A stretch of DNA of 64,000 nt from Phoronis australis (lineage: Eukaryota > Animalia > Phoronida), in the NCBI GenBank assembly GCA_002633005.1, contig NMRA01000015.1, positions 1,021,598-1,085,597 on the forward strand, in the 5' to 3' direction. Made by a program: the position numbers and the translations under genes. Positions within the stretch are counted from its first letter, which is position 1, and every line of letters begins with the position of its first letter. Below are positions 13,401 to 27,815 of the stretch, in pieces. Under the pieces are notes generated by a model. It was given only the letters and a program-made list of their open reading frames with translations, was not told the origin of the DNA and did no database searches.

Positions 13401-16400
13401 ACATGTCAGAGAATTACACTTTATTCCAACATGGCCAACAGCAATGTTAAAATGCAACACCATTATGTGTATTTTTATTTTATAATGTAAAAACATATGA
13501 TGACGAAAAGCAGATGTTGTACCTTCATGAAATTCAAGGCGCTGTTTTGAAACACATAAAATGTTTTACGCGACACATCGCCACAAACAATTTCTGCTTT
13601 ACAGTATGCTTTCTTGTAGTATAGCACTGGATGAGTTTGGCTCTGAAGTGCTACGTAGCGCGTTGTCTATGCAACTCACCTCTGTTCTTATATAGTACCT
13701 ATTTCACCACATATTGTTCTGGTACTTTGAAAGACTGTATGTTGCATTATTTATACAAGTCTTAACTTACTAACACACTGTGTTTTAGGTAATCACTCCT
13801 CGCATGTGAGAGTCTGAGTCAAGCAAATTAAAATGCTTACTGGTATAAATTCTGTAATCATTGGGTGTTAGTTATTGGTTGTCTGAGGGCATCTAAGTTT
13901 TAACCCTAAATATAAAATGAACAGCGTTATATTTGAAACAGTGAAAGTCATCCTTTGACTCTATTGAGAGTTGTACTCAATGTTGTTTGGAAAAGATTTC
14001 AATAGTCTTTCAAGTCCCACACAATGTTAATTAGGTAAAGCCAAAATTTCAAACTTCATAAACTGGATTAAATCAAGTAAGCAGCAATGAATATTCCTGT
14101 CGTAGCAATCCGTGAACTCCATTTGATCCATGGTGCTACCATGTGTAAGTAGAAAACGCTAACTCCCTGTTTTAGAAAAATAAAAACAAATGGTTGCGCT
14201 CAAAACGTGAGCCTAAAACATGGTTTTCAAAGCACTGCGTGGGACTTTTAATGATTAGCGTAAGGATATTTGTACCTGTCTTTCAAAAAGACTGAACTCT
14301 TTCAACTTGTCGAGGACTGATTACTGTCGTCTGTGTTCTGTGGTGTTGAGTCTCACCTGTGTCTATTTTAGTGGGCAATATCTACCTTCTATGTAAGTAT
14401 TGCATGCCAGCGCCCCCTGTTGGTGGCTCGGGTGTGGCTAGCACATGTCAGTTTTCCTAATTTGATAACATTATCTCGTCACAGTCTGGGTAGTCCAAGG
14501 CTTCATCAGCTTCAATCTGTGTATTATGTTATATTTTCTTCAGATTAATTTTGTAGTAAATTAGCCTCATTAACAATTTATCCTTCCCTATGAGTTTATG
14601 ATGGTATGTAACTATATATGGTTGAAGCATTGTAGGCTCTTGCCTGTTTACAGACACCATGACCATGTTACTTCTGTCTTATGTTGTCAGCTTTGGCTGC
14701 TATTTAAACATTGGATTCCATTCTGTACTCTGTTTCTGGTGCACTAATTATCTGTGTAATGTCCAGACTTTTTAATTACTCAATAATTTATGCATTTACT
14801 ATGAAATAATTCAAACGTTCTTTAGGTTCCCTGGCTTGAATGTCTTGAGGTCTATGGCAGATTGTTTGGCTCCTCAGTTGTGGAAAATTTGTGACTAGCC
14901 AGCTTTTAAATTAATGTTTAATATGAAGAATGGAAAGTACAATAAAGCACTAGAAAGTATTACCATCTGATTCACCTCAGCTGAATATTTCAAGGAGTCA
15001 TATAAGACATGTCTGTTTCATAGCCATACATTTTAATTAATTGCTAGTTTTAACTGTCAATGACTCTTCTTACATTAATTCCACATTTAACATTTTGTTT
15101 TAACTGTATTTATATAATTATTTATTTTGACTTTTTTTATTAAAGTTGATGTCAGGCAGTTTAGGGAGACATTCTGGTAATTTTATGCATTTTCAAGGTT
15201 TTAATTATTTCATCCAAATGCAAAATGTGGATAAATTGTTTCCAAGATTTTCATTTGATAGCCAATAAGAAGTGGGAACACACCTCCAGTACTTTTCAAC
15301 ATTGTATATTATGTAATAGTATTATGTAATAGATTACTTGAAGGACTCTTACTTGATATCCAAATACTTTAAATAGTTGGAATAATTTTAGCTCTGATAC
15401 TAGAGTAATCCTGGAAGGTTATTGTCTATTTGGTGTAAGCAACAAGCTTTGTGTATGTCTGTTGTTATCTCTAGAATTTTCATTACAGAGGGCGATGCTT
15501 GGCTTGTTGAGTTCTCCAAGTGAGGTAGTTCGTCAGTACACAGCCAGGCTGTTTAATGCATTCGCTTCCCTGTGTGAAGGTAGGATGTGAACCGGTGTTT
15601 TTATTTTACGAAATATTGGAGACAGTTTGGCTCAGTGGTTCGAGCTCCAGACTCCTGTTTGTGAGACCCAGGTTCGAATCCTTGCTTGACAATCGAGCAT
15701 TGCACAAAGGTGTCTCCTACTTCCCTGAGCTCAGTTTTAGTTGTGAATGTATGCAAGGGAGTGTATAGGAACCTGGGGGTTATGCGAAAGCGATTTCTGG
15801 GGGTGTGCTCTTATTAACAATTTTTTACAAAATAATATAATTATATTAACTAATTCTTATCCATTGTCAGTACGTTGATTATTGGCAGTAAGACATCGGT
15901 ATAAATCTTATGTGCCAGGAGTTGTCCTAGCAACAGTACTTCACTTTAGTGTGTGAAGCACTAAGTTAAACGCAGGATTGGATGTAAACACACTGTGATG
16001 TATTGTTTAGGTAGACATAGCTCTCTATGTTCGTTTGTAGCAGACAAAATCCTTCAATTTCAGGTCGTAACTACCTGTCTCTGAACAATGAACTCCTACG
16101 AGCGTTGATGGACAATCTGTGTGCAGAGGACAAAGATTCTATCACTAGAGAGAATGTGCTGGGTGCTTTACAAAAGCTGAGTTTGAGGTGAAAATTTTAT
16201 GTGAAATATTCTGCAATTGCACTGTCTTGTTTTCTTGTTTTGTCCTTATTTTTGAACCCATGGAAATTGTAACAATTTTTTTAAAAACATTAGAATTTGA
16301 GAACAAAAATAGTTATGAGAAATGATTGAAAATCATTGTTGACTGACTGAAAATGTTGTTTTGGGTACAAATATCTCTTGGCAAACTTAACTATCATCTT

Positions 16401-19400
16401 TTTACTTCCATAATTTAATACAGCTGCAAAAGAAATTATGCGTTTAATTGCATAAAAGATTTAAATATCTTGCTGCCAAATTGTGTTGTAACCCATTTTT
16501 TATATTGATTTTCTTTAGTCCCACCTAATACTTCACTCCTCAATGTTTTGCCTATGTAATCTTGTAGACGCAACCTGCAGTCGGCCATGATTGAGGAAGG
16601 CATCATTGATTGGTTGGTTCATGTCCTGGAAGACAATGATTCATTGTCGGACTACACACTAGAATACTCTGTTGCTCTACTCATGAACCTCTGTCTTAGA
16701 ACCACAGGTATTACTGATGCTTATGATATTAATACTCTTTTGTTATATTGTTTTTAATAGTTAAAACCATGTTCAGTTACCAGTATCTAACCTTAGTACT
16801 CGAATTTTGACTCACAAATTGACCAATAGGATGGTCCTGTGGTCCTGGGTAGAAATTGTCTTTGTACTGGCCTTGTTTTAAAAACGTCGGATTGATTTTT
16901 TGAATTTTGTCAGAAAATATCGCATCCACGGAAACTTCGCTGGCAGTAGAAAGTGCAATACAGTTAATAAAGTCAAATACAGTTAATGCAGTTGAGAAAA
17001 ATTTATAAAAAGCAAGGCACGAACAAATTCCATTGACTTGAAAACGAGGCTTGAGAACTGCTTGACGGAGGTTGAGGCATTGTGGGTGAACACTGGGGGA
17101 TTCAAGTGTCGCTATGTAATCTGGGACCATCTTGTTGCATGGCACACTTCACATAAACTCACAAAACTTTAGGTCGAATCATGTGATTGGTTTAATTTTG
17201 ATTCAGAGCCTAAGTTTGGAGGTTAGACCCTGAACTCGGGTGTTAAATAGTATTACAACTTTCTTTACAGGTATAGTTCCTACAGAGAAATGTCACCGGC
17301 ATTCTGTCAAAAGACTTTACTTTTGAATTAAACTTCTTATGGTAGAAATTCTGGTCCTGGTTCAATTATTCAGATTTGAAAGGATAGCTGGTCTGATGCG
17401 GAGGACTGACACTGTTCAAGAGCAGACTGCCCTGGTGTTCACTTGTAGGACATTTTATGCACAAGTGCTTACAAACACCAATTAATTCCCAAGCCAAGAA
17501 ATCTCATGTAATCTGAGTAAAGAACAGAGACCACCTTTACAATCTTAAGTGGCCTAAAGCAAAATTTTTTGAAAGAAGGTGTGGGAATTAAGAGCAGCTT
17601 TAGGCAAGGAGAGGCTTCTAAGTGTTAAAACACAATGCTAAGGTCTGAATGTTCACTCAGTTGTCCTCTGTGTACTACAGGTAAACAGAAGTGTGCTAAG
17701 AATCCCCACAAAGTGTTACAGGTCTTAACTGACTTACTAGGCCATGACAATCATGAGGTAAGGCATTCTACACTCTGTACACATTGTATTCAGTGAGACA
17801 TTCTATTCTCTGTTTTTACACACACTGTATGTTGTCCAGTGTGACTTGTACACTCATGTTAGTTGTGGCAGTGATGGCTATAGAGTTGTGCTTCATGCAA
17901 CATGTTTTAATCTAGTTAATCACATTTGTATCCGTACTAAACTGTCCCTAATAGTACTACATAGTCATGACTTCATTTTGTCAAAATGGGATCCTGAAGC
18001 AAACTGGTTTTAAACTGAAAAAAATCAAAAAATTTATTGAGACAGCAATAGTTGTATAATAGTCTTTGACGTACCACTTTCTGTGTATCACATAGTAACT
18101 ACTAAACACTCCACCTATTGTCAGATAATGATTGTGTTACCATTGAACAACTGATTAGTTGCCAAATATGTTTCTGAACCAATTTCATCAACTACAGATG
18201 ATATCCTATATTAATTTGTAAATCTTTGTAAACTAAGAGATAAAACTAAATTAGTCTTTTAACTTGAACTTTTAGCTGTTCCTGAAGTTGTCAGTTTTGA
18301 CCAATCATAGGAGAGCAAAAGCCTATAGACTCCATTGTTAACTTGTTCCGTTAATTCAATAACCTGCAGATCCGTCCGTATGTGAATGGTGCCTTGTACA
18401 GTATCCTGGCCATACCAACTGTGCGTGAGGAGGCCAGGGCGATGGGCCTGGAGGAGATGTTGAAGAGTTTCCTGGAAAATGACCAGGGTGACATGAACAG
18501 ACAAATTGAGTTCATCATCAAACAACTAAACTCTAGTAAGGGGTGTTGATTATTTACATATTAATTTAATGTATGACACATTAGAATTTTTCAGTGACTT
18601 ACGTCACTTGTTTGTCATGTGACAGATTTCATTGTATAGGATTGCTTGTCGTCTTTATCTATTTTTGCATTTTGGGTATGCATATTTCCATTGTCTCTGT
18701 CTGTCTGACTGACTTCTGCCTCTCATTAGTATCAAAGCCCTTGACAAATCTTCCAAACATTTTACATATCCTGTCAGGGAGAATATGACACTCATTGGTT
18801 TTTGTGTTAGATTTGTCCTGTGTCAACTATTGTTTAATCAGTAGGAATTTGGTGTTTCTCGATGATTTGAAAAACCACTTTGTAGACCTTAAGAAATTTT
18901 TGTTACATTCTGTTGTCGCTTAATCATACCCTTCTAGTCAAATGTGGAATGACAATCCTCTTTGTCATTTTACTGAATTCAATATCATTTCTGTTGTCAT
19001 AGTAGTGCTTTTGTGGCTCAGTCATTGCCATGATTGGCTCTCACTCCAAAGGTTGTGAGTTCAACTCCAGACAATTGGATCTCACCTGAAAGGTCGTGAG
19101 TTCAACTGCAGGATATTGCTGTCATGTAGCTGTGTCCCTGAACAATACGCTATAATTAAATGAGTAGCAGCATTGTCTATGAAGTCATCTGTGAGAGACA
19201 GTCATGGCAGCAAGTAGAAATACTTTCACTTGCTTAATATGCTAAAGTTCTTCTGGTAGTCTGGGGTTATCAACCAAGTCAAGGGCCTTGATGACTCTTG
19301 AAGAATTAAGTTCTTTTTTAGTGTTATCATATAAAGCTGCATTTTGCCCTGTTAGTCTGGCTTAAAGTGATAGTCAAATTAGGCCTTTCACTCTCACAAA

Positions 19401-22400
19401 ATCGTTCCCATAATATTCCTTATCATAAGATTCTGCAGAGTTTATTTTCGTTGGCAAACCCTAAAATTGTGAATTTGAAAATGGCTCCTGTACACATTGC
19501 CCTGACTTCATTTGGTAACGGAAATGGAATCCTTTTATGGAAAGGAATATTGTGAAACCAATTTTATGAGCAGAGTGAATTTTAAGGCCTTATTCGATTT
19601 TCATTGTTTAGCCAGCTAAACAGAGCAAAGTGCAACTTGTGATGATTATTGTGCTCGTCTAATACGTGATCCGTTGTTTTTGTCTAGTTGATGAGCCTGA
19701 TGACCAGGAGTCGGATGATGAAGACGAAGATGAGGATGAAGAAGACCAAGAGGCGATGGAGGCAGACCTTGACAAGGCAGAGGTGTTGAAGGCACAGCCT
19801 GGGGAGCTAGTGGGTGACAAGCTACTGAGGAAGGAGTACACTATGCCATCCTCACCTGCTAGGAAGAGAAAGGTAAATGTTAAGGACGCATCATGTAATT
19901 TAGAAAATGTTGACAAATTTCATCGAAATTTGTTTGACTTTGTCAAAGCTGTGGTAAAACTTAAAAATACTTGGAGGAAAAATGTTAGTAAATGGCTTGA
20001 AGATTAGCGGATTGTCTGCTTCAAAAGATTTTCAATATGAACATATTTCGTCTTCGTTTTGAAAACTACAGGATGCAAGTCGATGCCGATAATTATTGAT
20101 TCTTTTCCGTTGAACCCATGAAATACTCAAAAACACCTTACAGTGGACAAGGGTGAGTACTGGGCAAACATGATGGAAAAGAACAAAAGTGTTGGAGACA
20201 ATTGTTTAGTTGATGATGACATGTTTTGTGGTGATGGTTATGATGATGACAACGTATAAAACATTGATGACAAGAGGCGCCATCTAGTGTGCAAACAAAC
20301 AAACAATAATTTTATGGACAGTGTTACTTAGTTACCAAGTAATAATTAGTACTATGTCACTCCTTGTCAACGTATGTAGGATCTTACATACGAGTCTGTA
20401 CATTTAGCCCGAATATCTACAAACAGACCACAGTATATATTTTCTGAAAGTAGAAATTCCGTATAATTTGACTGTTGACTTTATACCAATCTGCCTCTAA
20501 TTATTTCATGTGATTTCTTCTTTAGGAAAATTTAGTTTTTTAAGAAAGGTACGTTTGGTTGCAAAACAACAAGGACCAGTATGTTCTCTTTGTCTCCATT
20601 TTCAGACAAATCTTCTTCCCAATGAACCCCTAAACCGTCCTGTGACCCCCAGCCAGGTGCACACTACCCATCATGGTACACCTGCTCCACACCTGGCCCT
20701 TTCACCTGTGAATGAGCGACCACCTACACGCAGTGGGAGCCGACCAGGTACCATGGAGACACCACGGAAACCACCACCTGTTGGTAAGCTATGATGTAAC
20801 AACGTTGGATGGAAAATTAGGTTTCTGTAGAGTCATTGTATTGAATTTCAATCTTTCTATTTTATTAAATTCAATGCAATACAATAACTGCATTGTTTCA
20901 AAGTGTTAAGCACTAATTAAGTTTACATACACCAGATTCAAGTAAATACTTCTCATGTGTATAAGCCCATGGGTGATGTACATTCTAGGAAAGTTCAAGC
21001 CTGTGGTTATTTACGTTAACTTTATGAAAACTCATTTACATCTGATCATGAGCATTGTGTTACGAAATTGAAATGATAACTTCAATAGGAGAAAGGCTTA
21101 CAGAATGGACTTAAATTGTTTTTTCTATCTAACTTAAGATGCTTTGTGGAAGTGTATCAATTCCAACTTTAATATTGAGTTCAGTGTTCAGCTACAATGA
21201 GTTGTTACTTCTTCTCTAGGCCAAAAATCAATTTTGTGATCAATTTTCAATTGGTGCCCTTCACTGATGCAAATACTAGTGTTACCGAAAATCAATGGAG
21301 ACGGGTGCCTTGGGATGCATTCATATTCTTTCTTAAATTTTTAGTTTACAGTAATGGTATAGTTTTGCTTGCTCACCTAATGTGATTTCTTGTTGTAGTC
21401 ACAGACTCATTTGCCTCTGATGTGATTAGTAAAACACTTGGCCAGAGTCGAAAACTTGCTGCGGCGGAAGCTGCTAAAACAACAAAGCCGTCCAACAAGG
21501 CTCTGGAGAAAGTTGGGGGTGGAAAGTAAGTAGCAGGCTCAAGTTATCAATTTAATGATCAATTTTTTATGTTACATTAAAGTGACATGATCAACTACGA
21601 TGTTGCGTTGATGAGATCGGCTCCAAGACAAATTCTAACCCATGACCTCAGGGGTCTTAGTCCAACACAATGCTAGTAGAGCTAAAAGTCAGTGCCGCAA
21701 GTAGCCAAGCATTTTTAGTGTATTTGACTGATAATGTCACCAGTCTGGATTTCATTGAATTCAACCAAATAGCTGGAAGCCCTTGTAACGAGTTGGCAAA
21801 TCCTAATAAAATCACAAAATATTTTGGGCTTGGAGCGGGTAATTAGTCCACGTAGTGGCTTAGAATTTTGTTAATTATGGGAATCGTTCACGCCTTTTGA
21901 AATTGACATGCAAGGTCAGTGAAAGCAGTTCTTTGTGAGCCCTGCTCTTTGTAATACAACCGTCCCAGTTGAACTGTGTAAGCAAACACAGCTTTATAAA
22001 GGGTTCATGGTCATGGTTGAGAAATTAATTGACTTGTGTTATTACCCCCTATGAGTTTTGAATAGCCAAGCCTGGAATGAGCACAACTGATTTTGCTGTT
22101 TTATAGATGTGGTTAAAGATAAATATTTTCAAGTTGTTTTTTTTGATCCTAAACCCGATAATATCCTTTTGATAGAATGACCACAGGTGGTTGGGTGTTA
22201 TAGTTTTTAATTATCACCTCAGTATGAGTCATGAAAATGGTCTACTTATGGATAACCATAAATTTAATTTTTGGTTGTAGGGTTTTTCTTCAGACAAACT
22301 TTGAGGTGGTGTTTCTGAAGGGCGCCTGCAGTTAGAAATAATTCTTTTAATTATTTACAATATTGACAATCCTTTTTTTTGGAAAATTTACCACTTGTTG

Positions 22401-23639
22401 ACAAAGTGGTACATAGTTTTGTAACTTGAACATTGTAAGGTATACAATTATGGCTAGTGTGATCTCATTGTTCAAGCTGCCTCAGATGTGTTATATTGTC
22501 TGTTACATGCATATAAGTGATGTTTAAAGGTAAAAATGGTTATTAGCCCATTCTGAACTTGAAGGTGTTCAGTATTCAAATTTGCGATGTCCACACGATC
22601 AACATTACTTGTTACTTGCATTTGGACATTAGCCTCGTGTTCCCCATTACATTCTCCCATTGGCTTATGACCTATTTCTCTTCGCAGACTGGATGAATAC
22701 TCTGCAGCATTCAGTTCACGACCACGAGTTCCTCGCACACCAGACACAAGCAATCGTCCAATCAGTCGCGGTGCTCCCCAGCCGACATTCTCCGAGTCTT
22801 TACCCAAAAGTCGACCGGGGTCCTCATCGAGTCGTATGGCAGGTAAGTGTAATTTCCAACTAAGTATGCTTCAAGTTCACGTCATGATTTTTGTGCGCAC
22901 ATGTACATACCTCTGTGCACATTGTCCTCGTCTTTTCGTGGTAATTATCTTTTAATGTTTGCTTCATTGTTTTACGAAACCTCTCGGATGTTCATGATCC
23001 ATTCATATGTAGGAGAGAGCAGAGCAGCTGCTTTGAGAGAGATTTGCCCTACTGGCAATATTAAGCACTAGTTGGCTCTGGTCTGTACACTGGTTCATTT
23101 TGAGACCTGCACTCACTGACTCATTCTGAGACCTGCACTCACTGACTCATTTTGAGACCTGCACTCACTGACTCATTTTGAGACCTGCACTCACTAACTC
23201 ATTTTGACTAAAAAAACCCCAGCCTCATAAATTTGAGCTAAGGTCTTGCTTTTTTGAAAAGCTACACTTGGTCACATGAGCAAAGTTTGATTTGCCAAGC
23301 TATGTGTAAAAATCCTGCATCTTATTTTTTTATCTTCGCAGGATTTTCTTTTTTTGAAAAGTGAGAAATTAAAAATTACATCACCACCAACTCAGTTTTC
23401 AAAAAAAACACGGACTACAATCAACATGCTTTTTTGCCTCATCATTAAACTTTTATGGTTTCATGGCTACTTAATGATTAGCTGAACATGAGGCAAAGTT
23501 TTTTCAGTGAGTTTCCAGGAAAGCTGTTCCATTTATGTTGTGCCTAATCTCCCGTGACACGATTGTTTCAGGAAGTAAAAGTGGCCAGGGAATGAAGTCG
23601 ACCACTCCACGCCAGGCTGCTGGGAAGACATCTAGATGA
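4499..23639 (+). CDS. ARMC9: LisH/armadillo repeat-containing protein 9 (ciliary protein), 21 coding exons, about 826 aa
   Basis: Phase-consistent exons: 4499-4558, 5430-5558, 6356-6520, 6860-7015, 7528-7620, 7771-7798, 8167-8258, 9085-9159, 9386-9534, 11054-11177, 11621-11719 (duplicate at 12876-12974), 15489-15579, 16064-16187, 16568-16707, 17681-17757, 18370-18535, 19688-19872, 20606-20783, 21399-21525, 22688-22842, 23572-23639 (TGA). Motifs [77 protein letters not shown] and [12 protein letters not shown] match ARMC9. Confidence 0.96.
7621..7770 (+). other. U12-type (minor spliceosome) GT-AG intron in ARMC9
   Basis: The 5' splice site is GTATCCTT at 7621. The branch motif TTCCTTAAC at 7750-7758 lies just upstream of AG 7769-7770, with no polypyrimidine tract. 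The flanking exons join in frame. Confidence 0.9.
10261..10320. repeat. 21-bp tandem repeat AATGTTGCACTATGCTCACTT, about 3 units
   Basis: Direct tandem copies. Confidence 0.85.
11200..13466. other. Tandem duplication across the N at 12265 (about 11200-12210 vs 12266-13466), including one ARMC9 exon; probable haplotype or assembly artefact
   Basis: Near-identical copies on both sides of a single N. Confidence 0.8.
12266..12510. repeat. 14-bp minisatellite (CATGACTACATCTC)n; shorter array at about 11200-11255
   Basis: Direct tandem copies visible in the sequence. Confidence 0.95.
15620..15820 (+). mobile_element. tRNA-derived SINE
   Basis: Pol III A box TGGCTCAGTGG and B box GGTTCGAATCC at tRNA spacing, no acceptor stem, followed by a non-tRNA body. 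Confidence 0.6.
19010..19175 (+). mobile_element. Degenerate tRNA-derived SINE with a duplicated B-box segment
   Basis: GTGGCTCAGT, then GAGTTCAACT twice, then a TGTGTCCCTGAACAA core-like motif. Confidence 0.45.
19335..19638. mobile_element. MITE with AGCTGCA.TT.GCCCTGTT termini (Kolobok-like)
   Basis: Imperfect TIRs. A related copy at about 53714-54020 shares TTGGC.AACCCTAAAATTGTGAATT.GAAAATG. Confidence 0.6.
23095..23207. repeat. 26-bp minisatellite (TTTGAGACCTGCACTCACTGACTCAT), about 4 units
   Basis: Direct tandem copies. Confidence 0.9.
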
Positions 23640-25524
23640 AGCATTCAAGCGCCACCTGTTGGAAACACATTACCAAGCACAACACAAAGCTTATAAGCTG
23701 CCTGTCATACAGTTCAACCGTCCACACAACAGTTTATGAAGCATCTGCCACTGGCAAATATAGGATGTCGCAAGAGGTGGCCCAACCACAATTACCGAAG
23801 GAAAATGGTCGTGTAACCCTTGAAAACAGAGTGCTGCTGGCTTTTTGTTGGCATCTGTAGTGGCCTCCTTTATCCACTTATGCTGTGTGATGCCATTATA
23901 TAACTTATCTATGTGTAATGCCCATGCAGCATGTGGTAGCCGTTGGAATATTCAAAGTTATCCAAGAGTGAAAAGAATTATCTGAAACGGGAATGTTCTC
24001 ACCTTTCAGTTGTTGAAGAAATTCAGGTTCAGAGCTAATGATGAACACTATGCTTTTGAAAATATATTGATATTTTGACACTTGCTTGAAGATTAATAGA
24101 TAATCAATAATTATACTTGTGTGGGTCGAGATTATCAAGTCTTAAAAGTAAAGTACTTGTTGAATGACAAGTATGTTCCCTAATGTTGAAAACTTCTGTG
24201 AGATTTGTGTATCCGTAAACATATAAAACGTACCACTAAGAGTTCAAATCAGTTTTTAAGTTTTATTACATCAGATTTTAATCTTGTTATAGACTGTGAT
24301 AATTAAAGTACTTAAGATTAAAAATTTCTTTATCTGATAGAAACTTGTGAAATTTTGCACAGTGAAATATGTTGATGTCAAATCTTTCTTTGGTTCCTGT
24401 AAAACTCATAGAATCACTCCATCCCGTCTTGACCTTTTGGGGGTCAGCGTCGTGCATTCCAGGAAATATTCAACCGTAGAGTTTTTGCCAAGAAGAGATT
24501 AGTGTTCCTTGGTCTTGTATTGTTGAAGCAAAACTGCAGGCATCATTTTTCTTTTATTTGTTAGTAGTTTTTTTAGCATCGCTTGGTACTTTTTTTGTTA
24601 AATTTAAATTTTAACTTAAAATTTGTTGGTTGAAGATATACCAATTTAGTACATTGTGTTCATTTTATTTTATACTTGAAAAATCACGGCTGTCATGAGC
24701 AAGGGAGCAATGGCCTCAACCAATTTGTAGTAAAGTTTTGTCATTGGAATGTTTGTTCTAGCAAATAGAATTTATATGACGAAAATTGCTTTTGGTTGAC
24801 AAATGGGTAACAGTTTTGCCAGCAACCTACGATATGTAATTTCCCTCCAGAGTCCTGAGAATTGTTTTCTTGAGGTTTCCAAATCATACTCTGTCAGTCT
24901 GTAAAGTACAAACTTTATGTTGTCTCTCTAATTACATGTTAGTCTAGTCCTCACTTATTAGTGATCTTGTGTCATTTACTATTAATTGATGAAATTGGTG
25001 ATCTCTGTTAATTTTCAACGGTCCACTCTCTGTAAGTGCCTTTTGTGAGTTCATAAATGATATTTATTTTCTTTTTATCTTTCTATGCCAGTGGGTACAC
25101 GGGTCATATGAAGCCCACACGAAAGTATGTAAAATTCTACTTTTGTTAATGAAAGTGCTTAGATCAACATACACTACTATAACATTATCATGGTAAGAAG
25201 TCAATTAGCTATTTCTTGATTAAAATAACAAATTAAAATTAGTTATTTCAATCAAGAAATAGTTTTGAAAAATAATAAAAAATTGCGATGTCTAACTCTA
25301 GAATCCATCTTTACCAGTCGTGCCAGTAGACAATGTATTTTAAATCATACTTCTAGTAAATACTCGTGGAATTTACTGACAGACAATGGCTTCACTGAAA
25401 TAAGTGACTTTGTCTTATAAATTTCAAATTTGCTTGGCATTCGCCGGGACTCGTGTGAAAGATAACACATTCCAATTTCAGACATTCCATCGTCTCTGCT
25501 AGAACTTATACTCTGACCTGAGAC

Positions 25525-27815
25525 TCAACCATTGTAAAGATCCCAGAAAGTAATCTGACCATCTTTAGATGCAGCTGCCATTGTGCCACAATTTGAAAAC
25601 GCTACGCACTGTATACTGTCCCGATGAAAAGTTAACACAGCCAGGGGAGATAATTTCTTAAAACTGAATATTCTAACTCTGTGATCCCATCCCGCTGTGG
25701 CGAATATCTTGTTGTCTTGTCTAATTTTAATGGCATTTAGTCCCGGATTGGTTATCTCTATTTTATTGCATAACTGAACACTATCATCGGTAACTGTCCA
25801 GCACACGACACTGTTATCTGCAGATCCAGAGAATCCTTTACAAGTTTGAGGGCTGTAATCCAGACACATTATTGGTTCCGTATGTAGTTTTATATCACAG
25901 AGTTGCCTGCACATTTTAGCATCCCACAGCACAACTGATCCACTCTCATGGCCGGTCAAAATCCTGTTTTTATTACAAAACAACATGGTCATCGTCATTC
26001 CTTGATTACGCGCAACTTTCAACGTCCTTTTGTCTTGGTCGCTGAATTTTTCTTGATCGATGTCAATGATTTCAATATCTGACTGTGAGGTGGCGCTTGG
26101 AACAGCGAGCAGAAAGCAGGTTCCATTAACGGTGTACAGAGCACATTGACAAAAACCAATGTCTGAGCATGAGTAACTACCTGCAAATTAAAAGTCCTCG
26201 CTGATTTAAACAGGCAAAGTTCATGACATCATACTGTTACTCTTCAACAAGGAATTTCATTTTGTAAAATTTCGCAAAAAAACCAAAAAAATGTATTTTA
26301 TATCTGACAACTTTTATGAAGTATAGTCGTCATAAACCAGCACTTCATGAAACTCTCTCAATATTTATAACACTGCAGTCAGTCTTCAAAAAATCTTAAA
26401 ATGACCATTTTGGAGATTACTTTTTGTGAGAAACAACTGAAAAATAACTGTAGGATGAGTTGGCAAAGCAAACTTAGAGAGAGTGAGAATCACACTGAAT
26501 AAAAACCAGGCAAACCATCCTCATATTTGTGTTTCACAAACACCCAAGGAAGGTACTGGCCAATATTTCACTGCTGTTCTGCAACTGCCACCAGAAGGCG
26601 CTACACTCTTGGGTTCCAGCTAAATGTTGATGTGGTTTTTAAGCTCAACCTAGTAAAACGTAAATGATGTAGAATTTAAATCAAATGTAAAGAAGTACTG
26701 ATGGAGCTGCCAAAAACACCCTTGTGCAATTTTTTGATCTTTTATCAACTTGGAATAATATCAAATCAAATGAGTAATGAATGTTCAAAATTTTTCCATA
26801 AGCATTAGGCTCAACCAAAAAACAAAATTCACCCAGGTTTCTGAGATACATACCAAGAGTTGTTAGCTTACATCCATCTAAACTCCACAGTGTCACATGT
26901 CCATCTCTACCTTGACTCAGGACATGACTGTCACCAACCATTCCTAACCACAAAACAGACTTGACATGAGCCGAGACCTCTTCCACAGCTCTTTTAGACT
27001 TCACCTGCCATACTTAAAAAGACAACAGAACTTCATGATACAATGAGAGAGGGAGGGGGAGAGGGAGAGAGAAAGATAGACCAAGAAAACACCTTTCCCT
27101 AACAAGTGTTCTTAAACAGACATTATCGGTTTCATGGTAAAAAAAATGCATTTTTAGAATTATTGTTCAATGACATAGGCTTTCCGAAATTATTAGCTTT
27201 GAGCAGAGCTATAAAACAACAAAATATGACGGTTTTTGAGGTTTTATTTATAGTTGCCAATTTTTGCCGTTGTCTGTCACACATTCCCTGAAATCAAGGT
27301 TATGATGTTTATCAATTGGGATTTAGCCTGCCAGCAGAGCGTTAGAGCAGTGACCACAAGGTTCGCAGGTTCAGATTACGTAATAAGGCTGACCTCCGAA
27401 AAATGTTTTGCCAATAACATCTATGTAACAAAAGAATTGGTGCATGACGAAGAAAGAGACAGTGGCAGCTCCTGACAAAACAATCGTCCAAGAATGAGAT
27501 GATTAGACAGGTGGGCAAAAATATATTATTAATCTAGAATTTAGTTTTTCTGTTGTTTAGCTTTGTTTAGAGGCTACATTGTTTAGCTGTTCAGGTTAAA
27601 TTCTCTCAATTAGCATATTTTGGATGCGCACAACTGTAGGTTATACAGAGAGTCTAGAATAAAGCATTACTGTACTCCATTCTAGTACCTTTTATCACAC
27701 CCTCTGAACTTCCAGTCAACATCAACAAGCCAGTAGAACTTGAACAGTGAAATATGCATGCCGTCACATTGCTGTCCCGTAGAACATACTTTGGCTCAGG
27801 TTCAGAGCGACTCAT
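25525..27815 (-). CDS. GNB1L: Guanine nucleotide-binding protein subunit beta-like 1 (WD40 protein, ASA1 family), 3 coding exons, about 313 aa
   Basis: Exons 27815-27689, 27012-26854 and 26180-25525 splice in frame. Motifs PEPKYVLR, LSQGRDG, GFC, GHESGSVVLWD, NPGLNAIKIRQDNKIFATAGWDHRVRIF, PLAVLTFH and SKDGQITFWDLY match GNB1L. Confidence 0.93.

Noticed and set aside
15620-15685. tRNA gene
   Set aside because: A and B boxes are present, but there is no acceptor stem or cloverleaf and the sequence runs into a SINE-like body.
16777-17145. 122-aa minus-strand ORF in an ARMC9 intron read as a nested gene
   Set aside because: It has no domain signature or splice context and is probably decayed transposon sequence.
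22161-22169. ATATCCTTT, a perfect U12 AT-AC donor word inside an ARMC9 intron
   Set aside because: There is no plausible exon upstream, and the flanking exons already join in frame by GT-AG.
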